Under the pieces are notes generated by a model that was not told where the DNA came from, did not search any database, and saw only the letters and a list, made by a program, of their open reading frames with translations. Both the position numbers and the translations under genes were made by a program. A stretch of 64,000 nt of DNA from Candidatus Woesearchaeota archaeon (GTDB lineage Archaea > Nanobdellota > Nanobdellia > SCGC-AAA011-G17 > JACPIM01): contig CAZELK010000005.1 in NCBI GenBank assembly GCA_964513145.1, positions 1 to 64,000 on the forward strand, read 5' to 3'. Below, in pieces: positions 18,465-28,311 of this stretch (within the stretch, counting starts at the first letter, position 1; every line of letters begins with the position of its first letter).

Positions 18465-21400
18465 AATAATTAAGAACAAAGACAGAAGGAAAGAATTAAT
18501 CAGAGATATGATTATTTTTGCTTTCATAATATTGTTTGCTGTTACTTATTTCTATTTAGATCCTTCAATAACTGGAAGGGTTGTGTTTGGAACCCAGATA
18601 GAAACTGATAGAGTATTTACAATACAGATTGCAGATGTACTGAATTTAAGTTTGATTAGTCCAGCAAATGGAACAAACATTAATAATAATTCAATAATAC
18701 TAAATGCAACTCAAGAAGGCAATGTCAGCAAGTTTATAATTTATGGGGGAAATTCTTCAAATTTAAATTACAATAATATTTTATATATTAATTTTTCAAT
18801 TTCTGGAGTTCAAGCAAATAATATTACTTATAATTTCTCAGCTTTGCCAATAAATCCAGATGGGACTGATGGTCTTGTATTATTGCATCATTATGACAAT
18901 GCAAGTATTTATGAAAATTATACTTATGTTTTAGATTTTAGCAATTCTGAGAAAGCTTTGAATAATGGTACTTACCAAAGATGGAATATTTCACAGCAAT
19001 CATTTGGGAATTCAACATATGGAAGATTTGGAAATTCATTTTTATTTAACGGAATAAATAATTACATTTCAGTAAATAATTCTGCTTCATTACAAATAGT
19101 GCAGAATATTACATTAAGTGCATGGATTAAATTTGACTACAATACCACTAATTATTCAAGCATTTATACAAATATTTCATCACAGGGAATTATAGACAAG
19201 GGAGATTATGGCTTATACTTTGATGAAAATACTGGGACTATTAATTTTAAATTAGACAATAAATCTGCTGTAGAAAACTGGACTTTAAGTTATGATGGTG
19301 CTGGCAATTCTACTCTTGCTTTAAGAGAATATAATGGTTATTTATATGCTGGCAAAGGTTCAACAACTAGGGAAGGGGATATTTATTATTGTAATCCTGC
19401 TTTTAACACAAGTGGGACAATAGAAATTTGTGATCCTGATGAATGGTTCTTGAGTTATAATGGTGCACAAGAAGAAATACGATCATTAGAAGTATTCAAT
19501 GGCAAGTTATATGCTGGACAAGGTATTACTGATGGGGATGCTGATATTTTTGTATGCTTTGCAAATAATACTGGTAATGTTAATATTTGTGATGGAAATT
19601 CAGACTGGGTACAATCTTATAATCCACCTAGTATTTATAATTTTGCACAAACATTACTGAACTATAATGGCAAACTATATGTTGGATTTGGCGATACTGT
19701 TGGTGAAAGTGATATTTTTGTATGTAAACCGAATGTTACTGGTAATGATAAAATATGCGATTCTGGAGACTGGAATAATTCTTTAAATTTAGCTGCTACT
19801 ACAGTAAGGTCCTTAAGAGAATATAATGGGAAATTATATGCTGGATTGGGTGATGGATCTGGTAGTGCGGATATTTATATCTGTAATCCTGAAATAAATA
19901 CAACTAATTTGGGCGAGGGTTTAACAGAATGTGATCCTGATGAATGGCAATTATTTTTTGATGGTTCTACTCGAAGTATAGAATCAATGGAGGAATTCAA
20001 TGGAAGACTCTATGCTGGATTTGGGAGACTGGTTGATGGTAGCGGGGATATTTATGTTTGTGATGAAACACTAAATACAACAGGAGATAGAATAATATGT
20101 GATAGGGATGAATGGATACAAACTTTTAATGCTGCTGAAGATGTAGCATTCACATTGAAATCTTATAATGGAAAATTATATGCTGGAGAGGGAGATGATG
20201 CTGGAGAAGGAAATATTTATGTTTGTGACCCAGCAAGAAATACGACTGGAAATATTTATGTTTGTGATCGAAATGAATGGACAATAAGTTATGATGGTAT
20301 TGCAAAGAGCGTTTCAACTTTAAATGTTTATAATGGTAAATTATACGCTGGAACAGGCTCCAGCAACGAAAATGTAACTGACGATATTTTAGTATTAGGT
20401 TATAATAATTCTGAAACTGTTAATTCTACAACTACAATATGGGAAAAAGACAGGTGGTACCATGTTGCTGCAACTTACAACGGATCAAGTATGAATTTAT
20501 ATGTAAATGGTATTTTAGAAGGAACAAAAGCAGCACCTATGCTTATAGAGCAAAATATAACTAATTTGTTTGTTGGTTATGATTCTGGTTATGGTTACTT
20601 TAATGGCACTATAGATGAAGTAGCAATATGGAATAGAAGCTTATCAAAAGAAGAAATAGACAATCTTTATAGTATTGGTGGGGCAAAATATTATTGGAAA
20701 GCTAATGCTACAGACACTGGAGCAAATATAAATACAACAGCAATACAAGAATTTGAGATACTTTCGCAACCTTTAATATCTTTAGAATTTCCAACTAATA
20801 ATTCTATCTTAAATACTAAGTCTGCGAATTTAATTTATTTGCCAAGATCAATTGGTAATTCAACTATAAATAATTGTACACTTTATATTGATGATAATTT
20901 AAATCAGACAGATACGTCAATAACAGAATATATCTCTAATTTATTTAGCATGAATTTGCAGGAAAAATCTTTTTCTTGGTTTGTAGGTTGTCGATCATCA
21001 CAGAATATACAATCAAATTCGTCTACTTTCTTTTTCACAGTAGATTCTACTTATCCGAATTTAACTTTGAATTCGCCCTTAAATGCTTCAAATATTATAA
21101 ATTTATCAACAACTCTTAATATAACGACTGCTGATAGTTTATCAAATGTAACTAAATTAATAATTTACGTGGGTAATTCAAGTGATTTAGATTACAATAA
21201 TGTTTTGTATATAAATTATTCCGTAATAAATGGCTCATCATTTAATATTACTTATAATTTTTCAGCTTTGCCAATAAATCCAGACGGGAGTGATGGCCTT
21301 GTATTGTTACATCATTATGACAATGCTTCGCCATATGAAAATTATACTTATGCTTTAGATTTTAGTAATTCTGAGAAAGCTTTGAATAATGGTACTTATG

Positions 21401-24400
21401 AAAGATGGAATATTTCACAGCAATCATTTGGAAATTCAACATATGGAAGATTTGGAAATTCATTTTTATTTAATGGAATTAATAATTATATTTTAGTAAA
21501 TAATTCTGCTTCATTACAAATAGTGCAGAATATTACATTAAGTGCATGGATTAAATTTGACTACAATACCACTAATTATTCAAGCATTTATACAAATATT
21601 TCATCACAGGGAATTATAGACAAGGGAGATTATGGCTTATACTTTGATGAAAATACTGGGACTATTAATTTTAAATTAGACAATAAATCTGCTGTAGAAA
21701 ACTGGACTTTAAGTTATAATGGTGCTGGAAATTTAACTTACTCACTAAAAGAATATAATGGGTATTTGTATGCTGGTAAAGGAAATGCATCTAGAGAAGG
21801 AGATATTTATTACTGTAACCCTGCTTTTAATACAACTGGGTCAATAAAGATTTGTGATCCTGACGAATGGTTCTTAAGTTATGATGGTAATAATAATACT
21901 ATATTTGCTCTTGAAGTGTTTAATAGTAAATTGTATATGGGGCAAGGCAGTCTTAGAACTGGTGATGGAGACATATATGTTTGCTTTGCCAATAATACTG
22001 GAAATATAAATATCTGTGATGGAAATTCAGACTGGGCAATCTCATATAATGGTGCTGAGGAGGAAATACTTTCTTTGTATAAGTTTAATGGTAGGTTATA
22101 TGCTGGACAAGGAAGCGGTTCAAATGATGGTGACTTATTTATATGTAGACCAAATCAAACTGGGGACATAAATCTTTGTGATAATAATGATTGGGGTATA
22201 AGTAGATTAAATGCTGCTACTGGGTTAACTTCAATTAAGAGTTTTAATAATAAATTATATTTCTCTCAGGGCAAAGGTAGTCAGAGTGCTGATCTTGAAG
22301 TGTGCAATCCAGAACTAAATACAACTAATTTGGGGGAAGGATTAAAAGAATGTGATAGAGATGAATGGATGATTTCAAGTTCTATAGGGGCTTACGGTTC
22401 CTGGTCTTTGGAGACATTTAATGGCTACTTATTTTCTGGCGGGTTTGGAGCTCCACCACCAACAGAGATTTTAATGTGTAATCCAATATATAATTTAACT
22501 GGAGATAACACAATTTGCGATGGCAATAATGAATGGTTTACAGTTTTTGATAGTTCTGAAGCTAAAATTACTTCTTTAAAGGCATATAATGGAAAATTAT
22601 ATATTGGGGAGGGCAATAGTTTCAGTTCTGGTGGCAGTATTCTAGTTTGTAACCCTTCAGCAAATCAGTCTAATACAAATTTAACAAGTTGTGAAAAAAA
22701 CTATTTTGAGTGGAATAGAAGTTTTTTAGGTTCTGGGGGTGAAGTTAATGCATTTGAAATCTTTAATGGGCATTTGTATGCTGGTGTTGGTTTGGGTTAT
22801 GGAAATGTAACTGATGATATTTTAGTATTGGGTTACAATAATTCTGAAACTGTTAATTCCACAACTACAATATGGGAAAAAGACAGGTGGTATCATGTTG
22901 CTGCAACTTACAATGGATCTTCCATGAATTTATATGTAAATGGTATTTTAGAAGGAACAAAAGCAGCACCTATGATGATAGAGCAAAATATAACTAATTT
23001 GTTTGTTGGTTATGATTCTGGTTATGGTTACTTTAATGGCACTATAGATGAGATAGCAATATGGAATAGAAGTTTATCAGATATAGAAGTAGCTAACTTA
23101 TTCAATCTTAGTTACAAAAAATATTTCTGGAAAGCGAATGGAACAGATTTAGCTGGAAATACAAATAATACCGGAATATTTGAATTTAACCTTACAACTG
23201 GAGTTTCAAATACAGCCCCAAACAATGCAACTCCATACATATTTGCTCAACCATTTACATCAAACACAGTAATAAGAACAAACAGTTCATTAAATGCCAG
23301 TTCTTTTGTGCAAGATCCGAATGCAGATTCAATGATAGCAGAAATAGTTTTCTGGAGAAACACAACAGTTGAACACTTCAGGATTAACAGGACAAATATC
23401 GCAAGTTCATCAAATGCCTCATATACATTAACAGAAAACCAGACGAATAAATTCTTTAAAGGAGAAAATTGGACAGCAGCATTCAGAGTAAATGATGGTA
23501 CAATAAGTTCTAACTGGGTAAATGCATCAATATTAATCTCAAATACTCAGCCAGAAAATTCAAACACGACTATAAGACCATTATCACCAATAAAGACAGA
23601 CTCATTAAATTGTTCTTTCACGTATATAGATACAAACAATGATGCAGGCATAGCAACAATAATCTGGTACAATAACAGTAAAGAACATTTCAGAACAAAC
23701 ATAAGTATAGCAAACAACTCAAACAACACAATAGTATCTTACACATTAACAAGAAACAATACTAATGCATTTTTAAGAAGTGAAACTTGGACTTGTGCAG
23801 CAATAGTCAATGACGGAGTAATAAACAGTGACTGGTTCAATGCAAGTGTAACAATACAAAACATCCAGCCAAATAATGCAAGTCCAATAATAAATCCAAA
23901 TAACCCAGATACAAATGATGACTTAAATGCGTCTTCGTTAATTTCTGATTCAGATGCAGACTTAATGACAGCAGAAATAGTTTTCTGGAACGGAAGCAGA
24001 GAACATTTCAGAACTAATATAACCAGCATATCAAATAACTCATATGCTTCTTATAAATTAATAAAGAATTCAACAAATATATTTACTAGCGGGGAAAACT
24101 GGACAGCAGCATTTAAAGTAACAGACAATTCAAGTTCATCTTCTGACTGGGTAAATGCTTCTGTATTAATTGCAAGTGCAACTTCTCCTGTTGTAACAGA
24201 ACAAACACAAGCTGGCGGTTCAAGCAGCGGGATAAGCAGCGGGTTTGAAGAAAAATCAAGTATACAAAGTGTAGAATTATTGCAACAAGGCAACTTATAT
24301 CAATATAAATTATTAGCACCAGGTCAAAATGTAATAGAATTAAATGACAAATTATTAAGCACAGAATCACTGAATATTTTTGCTTCTAATTTAATGAATG

Positions 24401-25191
24401 ATGTTGAAATTAAAATAGAAGAACTAGAAAGATTGCCTTCTAAATATACTAAAGATTTAAACTATGCCCATAAATACATTAGTATAGAGACTCATAACTT
24501 TTTAGATTCTTTAGTGACAAACAGGGAGCTTGTATTTAAATTATCAAAATCCCTCACAAAAGATAAAAAGGCTTCTTTATATTTATTTGAAGAAACAAAA
24601 GATAAATGGATTAAATTAAATACTTTCCAAATTAAAGATGAAAGTAATTTTGTATATTATAAAGCAATATTGCCTCACTTAAGTTTATTTGCAATCAAAT
24701 TAGACAATACTGGAATAGATGAGCTTGTAAAATTAGAAGACATCAGGGAAAAAATAAGTGACAATTTTGATCCTTCTGAAAATAAATCATTATATGAAAG
24801 ATTTATGCTATTGTCTTTCTTGCTGATAGTATTATTTAATATTATTTTACTACACTTTGTATTATTAGGTTTGGCATTTTTAATTATCTGGCCTTTTGCA
24901 GAGATTATAAAACTCATAAACAAACTCTCAAGTAAAAAATCAAAGTACACAGACTTTGCCAATAGAATAGAATTTTCCACAAATAAGATATTATCTTATA
25001 TTGAGATAACTTTAGCAGCTTCTTTCATTATTTATGTGCTTATCGGGTATAATATAAATATAATAAAAACCAACATTACAAAAGATATTATAATTTCCAT
25101 GGCATTGCAAGCAGCAAATATCCTATTAATTGCCTATATTTTGTTCTTGCAGGCAGAATTAAAAAGATTTAGAGGAAAAATAAAAAAATAA
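18454..25191 (+). CDS. Giant membrane-anchored surface protein (LamG domains, Cys-linked beta-propeller repeats, Ig-like and PGF-pre-PGF-like region)
   Basis: N-terminal TM helix; LamG motifs (TLSAWIK, WYHVAATYNG, IDEVAIWNRSLS); YNGKLYAG repeats; many NxS/T sequons; C-terminal TM helices. Confidence 0.85.
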   Translation: MKNKIIKNKDRRKELIRDMIIFAFIILFAVTYFYLDPSITGRVVFGTQIETDRVFTIQIADVLNLSLISPANGTNINNNSIILNATQEGNVSKFIIYGGNSSNLNYNNILYINFSISGVQANNITYNFSALPINPDGTDGLVLLHHYDNASIYENYTYVLDFSNSEKALNNGTYQRWNISQQSFGNSTYGRFGNSFLFNGINNYISVNNSASLQIVQNITLSAWIKFDYNTTNYSSIYTNISSQGIIDKGDYGLYFDENTGTINFKLDNKSAVENWTLSYDGAGNSTLALREYNGYLYAGKGSTTREGDIYYCNPAFNTSGTIEICDPDEWFLSYNGAQEEIRSLEVFNGKLYAGQGITDGDADIFVCFANNTGNVNICDGNSDWVQSYNPPSIYNFAQTLLNYNGKLYVGFGDTVGESDIFVCKPNVTGNDKICDSGDWNNSLNLAATTVRSLREYNGKLYAGLGDGSGSADIYICNPEINTTNLGEGLTECDPDEWQLFFDGSTRSIESMEEFNGRLYAGFGRLVDGSGDIYVCDETLNTTGDRIICDRDEWIQTFNAAEDVAFTLKSYNGKLYAGEGDDAGEGNIYVCDPARNTTGNIYVCDRNEWTISYDGIAKSVSTLNVYNGKLYAGTGSSNENVTDDILVLGYNNSETVNSTTTIWEKDRWYHVAATYNGSSMNLYVNGILEGTKAAPMLIEQNITNLFVGYDSGYGYFNGTIDEVAIWNRSLSKEEIDNLYSIGGAKYYWKANATDTGANINTTAIQEFEILSQPLISLEFPTNNSILNTKSANLIYLPRSIGNSTINNCTLYIDDNLNQTDTSITEYISNLFSMNLQEKSFSWFVGCRSSQNIQSNSSTFFFTVDSTYPNLTLNSPLNASNIINLSTTLNITTADSLSNVTKLIIYVGNSSDLDYNNVLYINYSVINGSSFNITYNFSALPINPDGSDGLVLLHHYDNASPYENYTYALDFSNSEKALNNGTYERWNISQQSFGNSTYGRFGNSFLFNGINNYILVNNSASLQIVQNITLSAWIKFDYNTTNYSSIYTNISSQGIIDKGDYGLYFDENTGTINFKLDNKSAVENWTLSYNGAGNLTYSLKEYNGYLYAGKGNASREGDIYYCNPAFNTTGSIKICDPDEWFLSYDGNNNTIFALEVFNSKLYMGQGSLRTGDGDIYVCFANNTGNINICDGNSDWAISYNGAEEEILSLYKFNGRLYAGQGSGSNDGDLFICRPNQTGDINLCDNNDWGISRLNAATGLTSIKSFNNKLYFSQGKGSQSADLEVCNPELNTTNLGEGLKECDRDEWMISSSIGAYGSWSLETFNGYLFSGGFGAPPPTEILMCNPIYNLTGDNTICDGNNEWFTVFDSSEAKITSLKAYNGKLYIGEGNSFSSGGSILVCNPSANQSNTNLTSCEKNYFEWNRSFLGSGGEVNAFEIFNGHLYAGVGLGYGNVTDDILVLGYNNSETVNSTTTIWEKDRWYHVAATYNGSSMNLYVNGILEGTKAAPMMIEQNITNLFVGYDSGYGYFNGTIDEIAIWNRSLSDIEVANLFNLSYKKYFWKANGTDLAGNTNNTGIFEFNLTTGVSNTAPNNATPYIFAQPFTSNTVIRTNSSLNASSFVQDPNADSMIAEIVFWRNTTVEHFRINRTNIASSSNASYTLTENQTNKFFKGENWTAAFRVNDGTISSNWVNASILISNTQPENSNTTIRPLSPIKTDSLNCSFTYIDTNNDAGIATIIWYNNSKEHFRTNISIANNSNNTIVSYTLTRNNTNAFLRSETWTCAAIVNDGVINSDWFNASVTIQNIQPNNASPIINPNNPDTNDDLNASSLISDSDADLMTAEIVFWNGSREHFRTNITSISNNSYASYKLIKNSTNIFTSGENWTAAFKVTDNSSSSSDWVNASVLIASATSPVVTEQTQAGGSSSGISSGFEEKSSIQSVELLQQGNLYQYKLLAPGQNVIELNDKLLSTESLNIFASNLMNDVEIKIEELERLPSKYTKDLNYAHKYISIETHNFLDSLVTNRELVFKLSKSLTKDKKASLYLFEETKDKWIKLNTFQIKDESNFVYYKAILPHLSLFAIKLDNTGIDELVKLEDIREKISDNFDPSENKSLYERFMLLSFLLIVLFNIILLHFVLLGLAFLIIWPFAEIIKLINKLSSKKSKYTDFANRIEFSTNKILSYIEITLAASFIIYVLIGYNINIIKTNITKDIIISMALQAANILLIAYILFLQAELKRFRGKIKK
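18826..23078 (+). repeat. Internal tandem duplication (period about 2.43 kb)
   Basis: 18826-19305 matches 21250-21729 and 20371-20645 matches 22804-23078, with long identical stretches. Confidence 0.9.
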
Positions 25192-25204
25192 TAAAGTCTT
25201 TAAC

Positions 25205-25293
25205 AGAAGTTTGAATAGTTCCTATTTTTTGTAATTTTTTCTGTATAATTCAATAATTTTGATGTCTTGAAAAATTAAATATTTTCAAAATTA
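25205..25293 (+). repeat. ~89-bp direct repeat, copy A
   Basis: Close match to 28178-28267; first 23 nt also at 26372-26394. Confidence 0.88.
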
Positions 25294-25344
25294 ATTAAAG
25301 CCTCATCACTTAATAAGTCCCGTTCTGTCATTTCTTTTTTAAGT

Positions 25345-25728
25345 CTATATTTCTACACATACTTCAGAATTTTTTAATAAAGAAGGAGATTTTCTAATTA
25401 TATTCTGTACTCTTTCAATAACTTTATTTCTTTTAACTATTTCAAAAGCAAGTTGCACGAATATAACATTATTTTCTACTTTAATATCAAAATCCCATTT
25501 CTTAATTTCTTTTAAGGATTCTTTTTCAACTTTAAACATATTAGAAGCATTGAAAATTTGTATTCCCGTAATAAAACTTTCTTTATCAATATCCAAAACA
25601 ATATCTTCAAATTCTATAGATCTGAAATATTCTCTATCTTTAATTTTAAAAAATAGAATATCATGTACATAATCGTAATCAACTTCTCCATTTCCTCTTG
25701 CATCAAGATGTTTTATTTCCATTTTCAT
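25345..25728 (-). CDS. DUF2283-family antitoxin-like protein
   Basis: VDYDYVHDILFFKI...LDIDKESFITGIQIFNAS. Confidence 0.8.
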   Translation of the reverse strand: MKMEIKHLDARGNGEVDYDYVHDILFFKIKDREYFRSIEFEDIVLDIDKESFITGIQIFNASNMFKVEKESLKEIKKWDFDIKVENNVIFVQLAFEIVKRNKVIERVQNIIRKSPSLLKNSEVCVEI

Positions 25729-26042
25729 ATTTTCGGTAAAGTTTCAGTTATATAAAATGTTATTATTTCAATATTATCTTTTTTAATCTCAAATATTATC
25801 CTTAAATAGCCTTCTTTTCTATTAAAAAAGGCGGCATAGTTGTTATTTCCTTGTATTCCAACTAATACTGGCTTCTCTTCAGTTAAAATATTAATAAGTT
25901 GCTCGTCCTTATATACCTTTCTTTGCATTTCATTTAGTCTAAAATAAGCATGCGAATTGACTATTATTTTATTTAAAAATCTGTTAATAAGCTCTTTAAA
26001 TTCTTTATAATCAACTCTTTTTATTATCCTTGTTGAAGGCAT
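25725..26042 (-). CDS. DUF4258/RelE-like putative toxin
   Basis: HAYFRL...YAAFF...LRIIFEI...IITF; overlaps DUF2283 gene. Confidence 0.6.
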   Translation of the reverse strand: MPSTRIIKRVDYKEFKELINRFLNKIIVNSHAYFRLNEMQRKVYKDEQLINILTEEKPVLVGIQGNNNYAAFFNRKEGYLRIIFEIKKDNIEIITFYITETLPKI

Positions 26043-26192
26043 AAAAGTAGTTAATTGCTAGTATTAAAAAATTTATCTATCAAAATTTTAGTAGTAATTA
26101 GAAGAAATTAAAAAGAAAATTAGAGTTGATTTTAGTAGAAATCTTCAGAAGCTAACAAGTTATAAACTTTTATTTTTCGCCTTTTGCTAATT

Positions 26193-26342
26193 TCAAAGCC
26201 TTCCATCATCTTTCTTTTCTATATTCTCCGGAATCTTCTCCCCAAAATAAACTTCTTTTGTAATTACATTATTTTTTCTCCTAAAAGAATGCTGTAAGTA
26301 AAAATAAAAGTTATTTCCTTTTTTTTTTTTTATTATTCTCAT
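26193..26342 (-). pseudogene. 49-aa remnant of a Fic protein N-terminus
   Basis: MRIIKKKKGNNFYFYLQHSFRRKNNVITKEVYFGEKIPENIE aligns to the start of 16169..17023. Confidence 0.8.
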
Positions 26343-26413
26343 AACTATTATTACCATTAAATTATGTTTAGAGAAGTTTGAATAGTTCCTATTTATTACC
26401 GCTTTTATTGATA

Positions 26414-27201
26414 TTAAATTAATAATTCAATTACTCTTTTAATTTCTTCAGGACTATGATTAAGTTGTTGACTAGCTATTGCAAAATCAGTTTTAGTAAT
26501 TGTTTTTAATATTTTATAAATATTTTTCAGAGGAATAAAACCAGCAGTTTTGCCTTTAATTTCTTGATTTTTAATTTTTGAATACCAAAGCAATGCAAAC
26601 ATATCACAGATATCTTTTATTTTTTTGTGTTCTCTGTCTCTAAATTTTAAAGCGTTTATTTTAGTCGCAAGTAATAGTTCTGGTTTTGGAAGCCATAATT
26701 TTTTGTTAAATTGTTTTAATTCTTCTCTATATATACTTTATTTTCAAAAACAAACCTTAATAGCGGTTCATCAGCTGGTTGAAAATGAAATACTTGTTTA
26801 AATTTATCGGGTATAAAATCAACTAATAGATCAATGTATAAGGGAAAAGTAAAATGAGCAGGAACTTTTTGTCCTTCCTGAATTTCTTCTTCTGTTTCAG
26901 TATGCAGTTCTTTTAATAATCTAAATGATAAAGGTTTAAAATTTAACTTATTTTGTAATAATTCCATTGATTTCTCTAAAGAAGAATTCTTCATTTGTTC
27001 TAATGTTGATTCTTTATCAAAATGAAATCCTAAATCAATATCTCTACTTCCTAAATAAGGTCTTCCTTGTGCTTTTTGAAAATTCTTATTAACATGAAGA
27101 AATACAGCCCATCCGCCCAAAATACAAACTGGTTCTTGAAGTACTAAAATTACTTTTTGTAAATAATTATAAGATGTTCTTGTTTCAAATTCTAAATACA
27201 T
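26414..27201 (-). pseudogene. Nucleotidyltransferase-like toxin split by a 2-nt frameshift
   Basis: ILGGWAV and SRDIDL motifs in 5' part; continues in another frame as KVYREEL...LLATKI..L..RD..K.IKDICD after a (TA)4 tract at 26728-26735. Confidence 0.78.
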
Positions 27202-27202
27202 T

Positions 27203-27775
27203 TTATTTTAATTTTTTAAGAAGCATTTCAGCAGCTTCTTCACAAGGTCCCCCTTCTGTAAATAAATCAATAATCAATTGAGGGATTGAAACTATAAATA
27301 AATTATTAATTTTTCTTTTTTTGTACATAACATGTTCATCTTCAATTATTAATCTTACATTACCTTTTCCATATAATCCTTCTTTGGTCATTATTTTATG
27401 CCATTTTTCTAAATCCTCTTCTTTAATATAAACATCTACTCTAGAGGGAAATAAATATTGCTGAACTAAATTTTCAGCTTGATAAGTTGTCAAAGCATAA
27501 TCTAAATTTGCTTTTTTTAATAATTTTAAAGGCTCTTTAATCATATATTCTCTATATTTTTTTGATTTTTTATGGATTTTTAGCCAATATTTAAGAACTT
27601 CTTTAGAATTAAGGACTTTAGTATTTTTAATTAATTTCTTCTTTTCTAATTCTCTTAAAAATAATATTATCCATTGTCTTGTACAGCCAGATCTTTTAGA
27701 TAATTCATTTTTGCTTAATTGTTCTGGTTCAGACAATAATACTCTTAAAATTCTTTCTTTTTTATTTCCTCGCAT
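27203..27775 (-). CDS. wHTH antitoxin, type IV TA (AbiEi-like C-terminal domain)
   Basis: N-terminal HTH; YALTTYQAENL, VSIPQLIIDLF.EGG; directly upstream of NTase. Confidence 0.7.
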   Translation of the reverse strand: MRGNKKERILRVLLSEPEQLSKNELSKRSGCTRQWIILFLRELEKKKLIKNTKVLNSKEVLKYWLKIHKKSKKYREYMIKEPLKLLKKANLDYALTTYQAENLVQQYLFPSRVDVYIKEEDLEKWHKIMTKEGLYGKGNVRLIIEDEHVMYKKRKINNLFIVSIPQLIIDLFTEGGPCEEAAEMLLKKLK

Positions 27776-27777
27776 AG

Positions 27778-27816
27778 ATGTAAGTAACTCAATTAATATA
27801 TAAAGCTTACTTACAT
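27778..27816. promoter_or_regulatory. Perfect 10-bp inverted repeat around TATA box, probable autoregulatory operator
   Basis: ATGTAAGTAA (27778-27787) and TTACTTACAT (27807-27816) bracket TTTATATA on minus strand. Confidence 0.7.
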
Positions 27817-27884
27817 GTAATTAAAATGAAGGATTTGATTATCTATAAGAATATTAAACTAAGAAGTCATTTATTTTTATGTTA

Positions 27885-28066
27885 TTAGATTATTTCAAGT
27901 TTTTTTAACATGCTTAAGATTTCATGCGATATTTCAGTATTATTTCTTATTTCTTGATAAGCAAGCTTCCAGTTCATGGGTTTGCCATCAAGTACAATAA
28001 CAACATTTTCTCTTTCTTTTAAAGGCAGATTAGAATAAATTTTAAAAAAAGCTTTTTCTCATCCAT
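27885..28066 (-). pseudogene. Small conserved hypothetical gene, frameshifted in an A5 run
   Basis: Corrected frame MDEKKAFFKIYSNLPLKERENVVIVLDGKPMNWKLAYQEIRNNT...LKKLEII*. Confidence 0.55.
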
Positions 28067-28107
28067 GTCATTATTTGATGTAGAAATATTATTAAATTTT
28101 TGCATAT

Positions 28108-28173
28108 CTATTTTAACTTTTTAAGAAGCATTTCAGCAGCTTCTTCACAAGGTCCTCTTTCAGTAAGTAGATA
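28108..28173 (-). pseudogene. Duplicate of antitoxin 3' end
   Basis: 28121-28155 identical over 35 nt to 27216-27250 (GPCEEAAEMLLK). Confidence 0.85.
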
Positions 28174-28177
28174 ACAT

Positions 28178-28267
28178 AGAAGTTTTAATAATTCTTATTT
28201 TTTGTAATTTTTTCTGTATAATTCAATAATTTTGATGTCTTGAAGAATTAAATATTTTTAAAAATTA
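28178..28267 (+). repeat. ~89-bp direct repeat, copy B
   Basis: Close match to 25205-25293. Confidence 0.88.
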
Positions 28268-28311
28268 TGAGAGAGAATAAGGTTTAAAAGCTATTAAAAC
28301 CTTGTTAATTT

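Noticed and set aside
18900-22800. CRISPR array or DGR suggested by repeated sequence
   Set aside because: The repeats are in-frame protein repeats of one ORF; no constant-repeat/spacer pattern was seen anywhere in the window.
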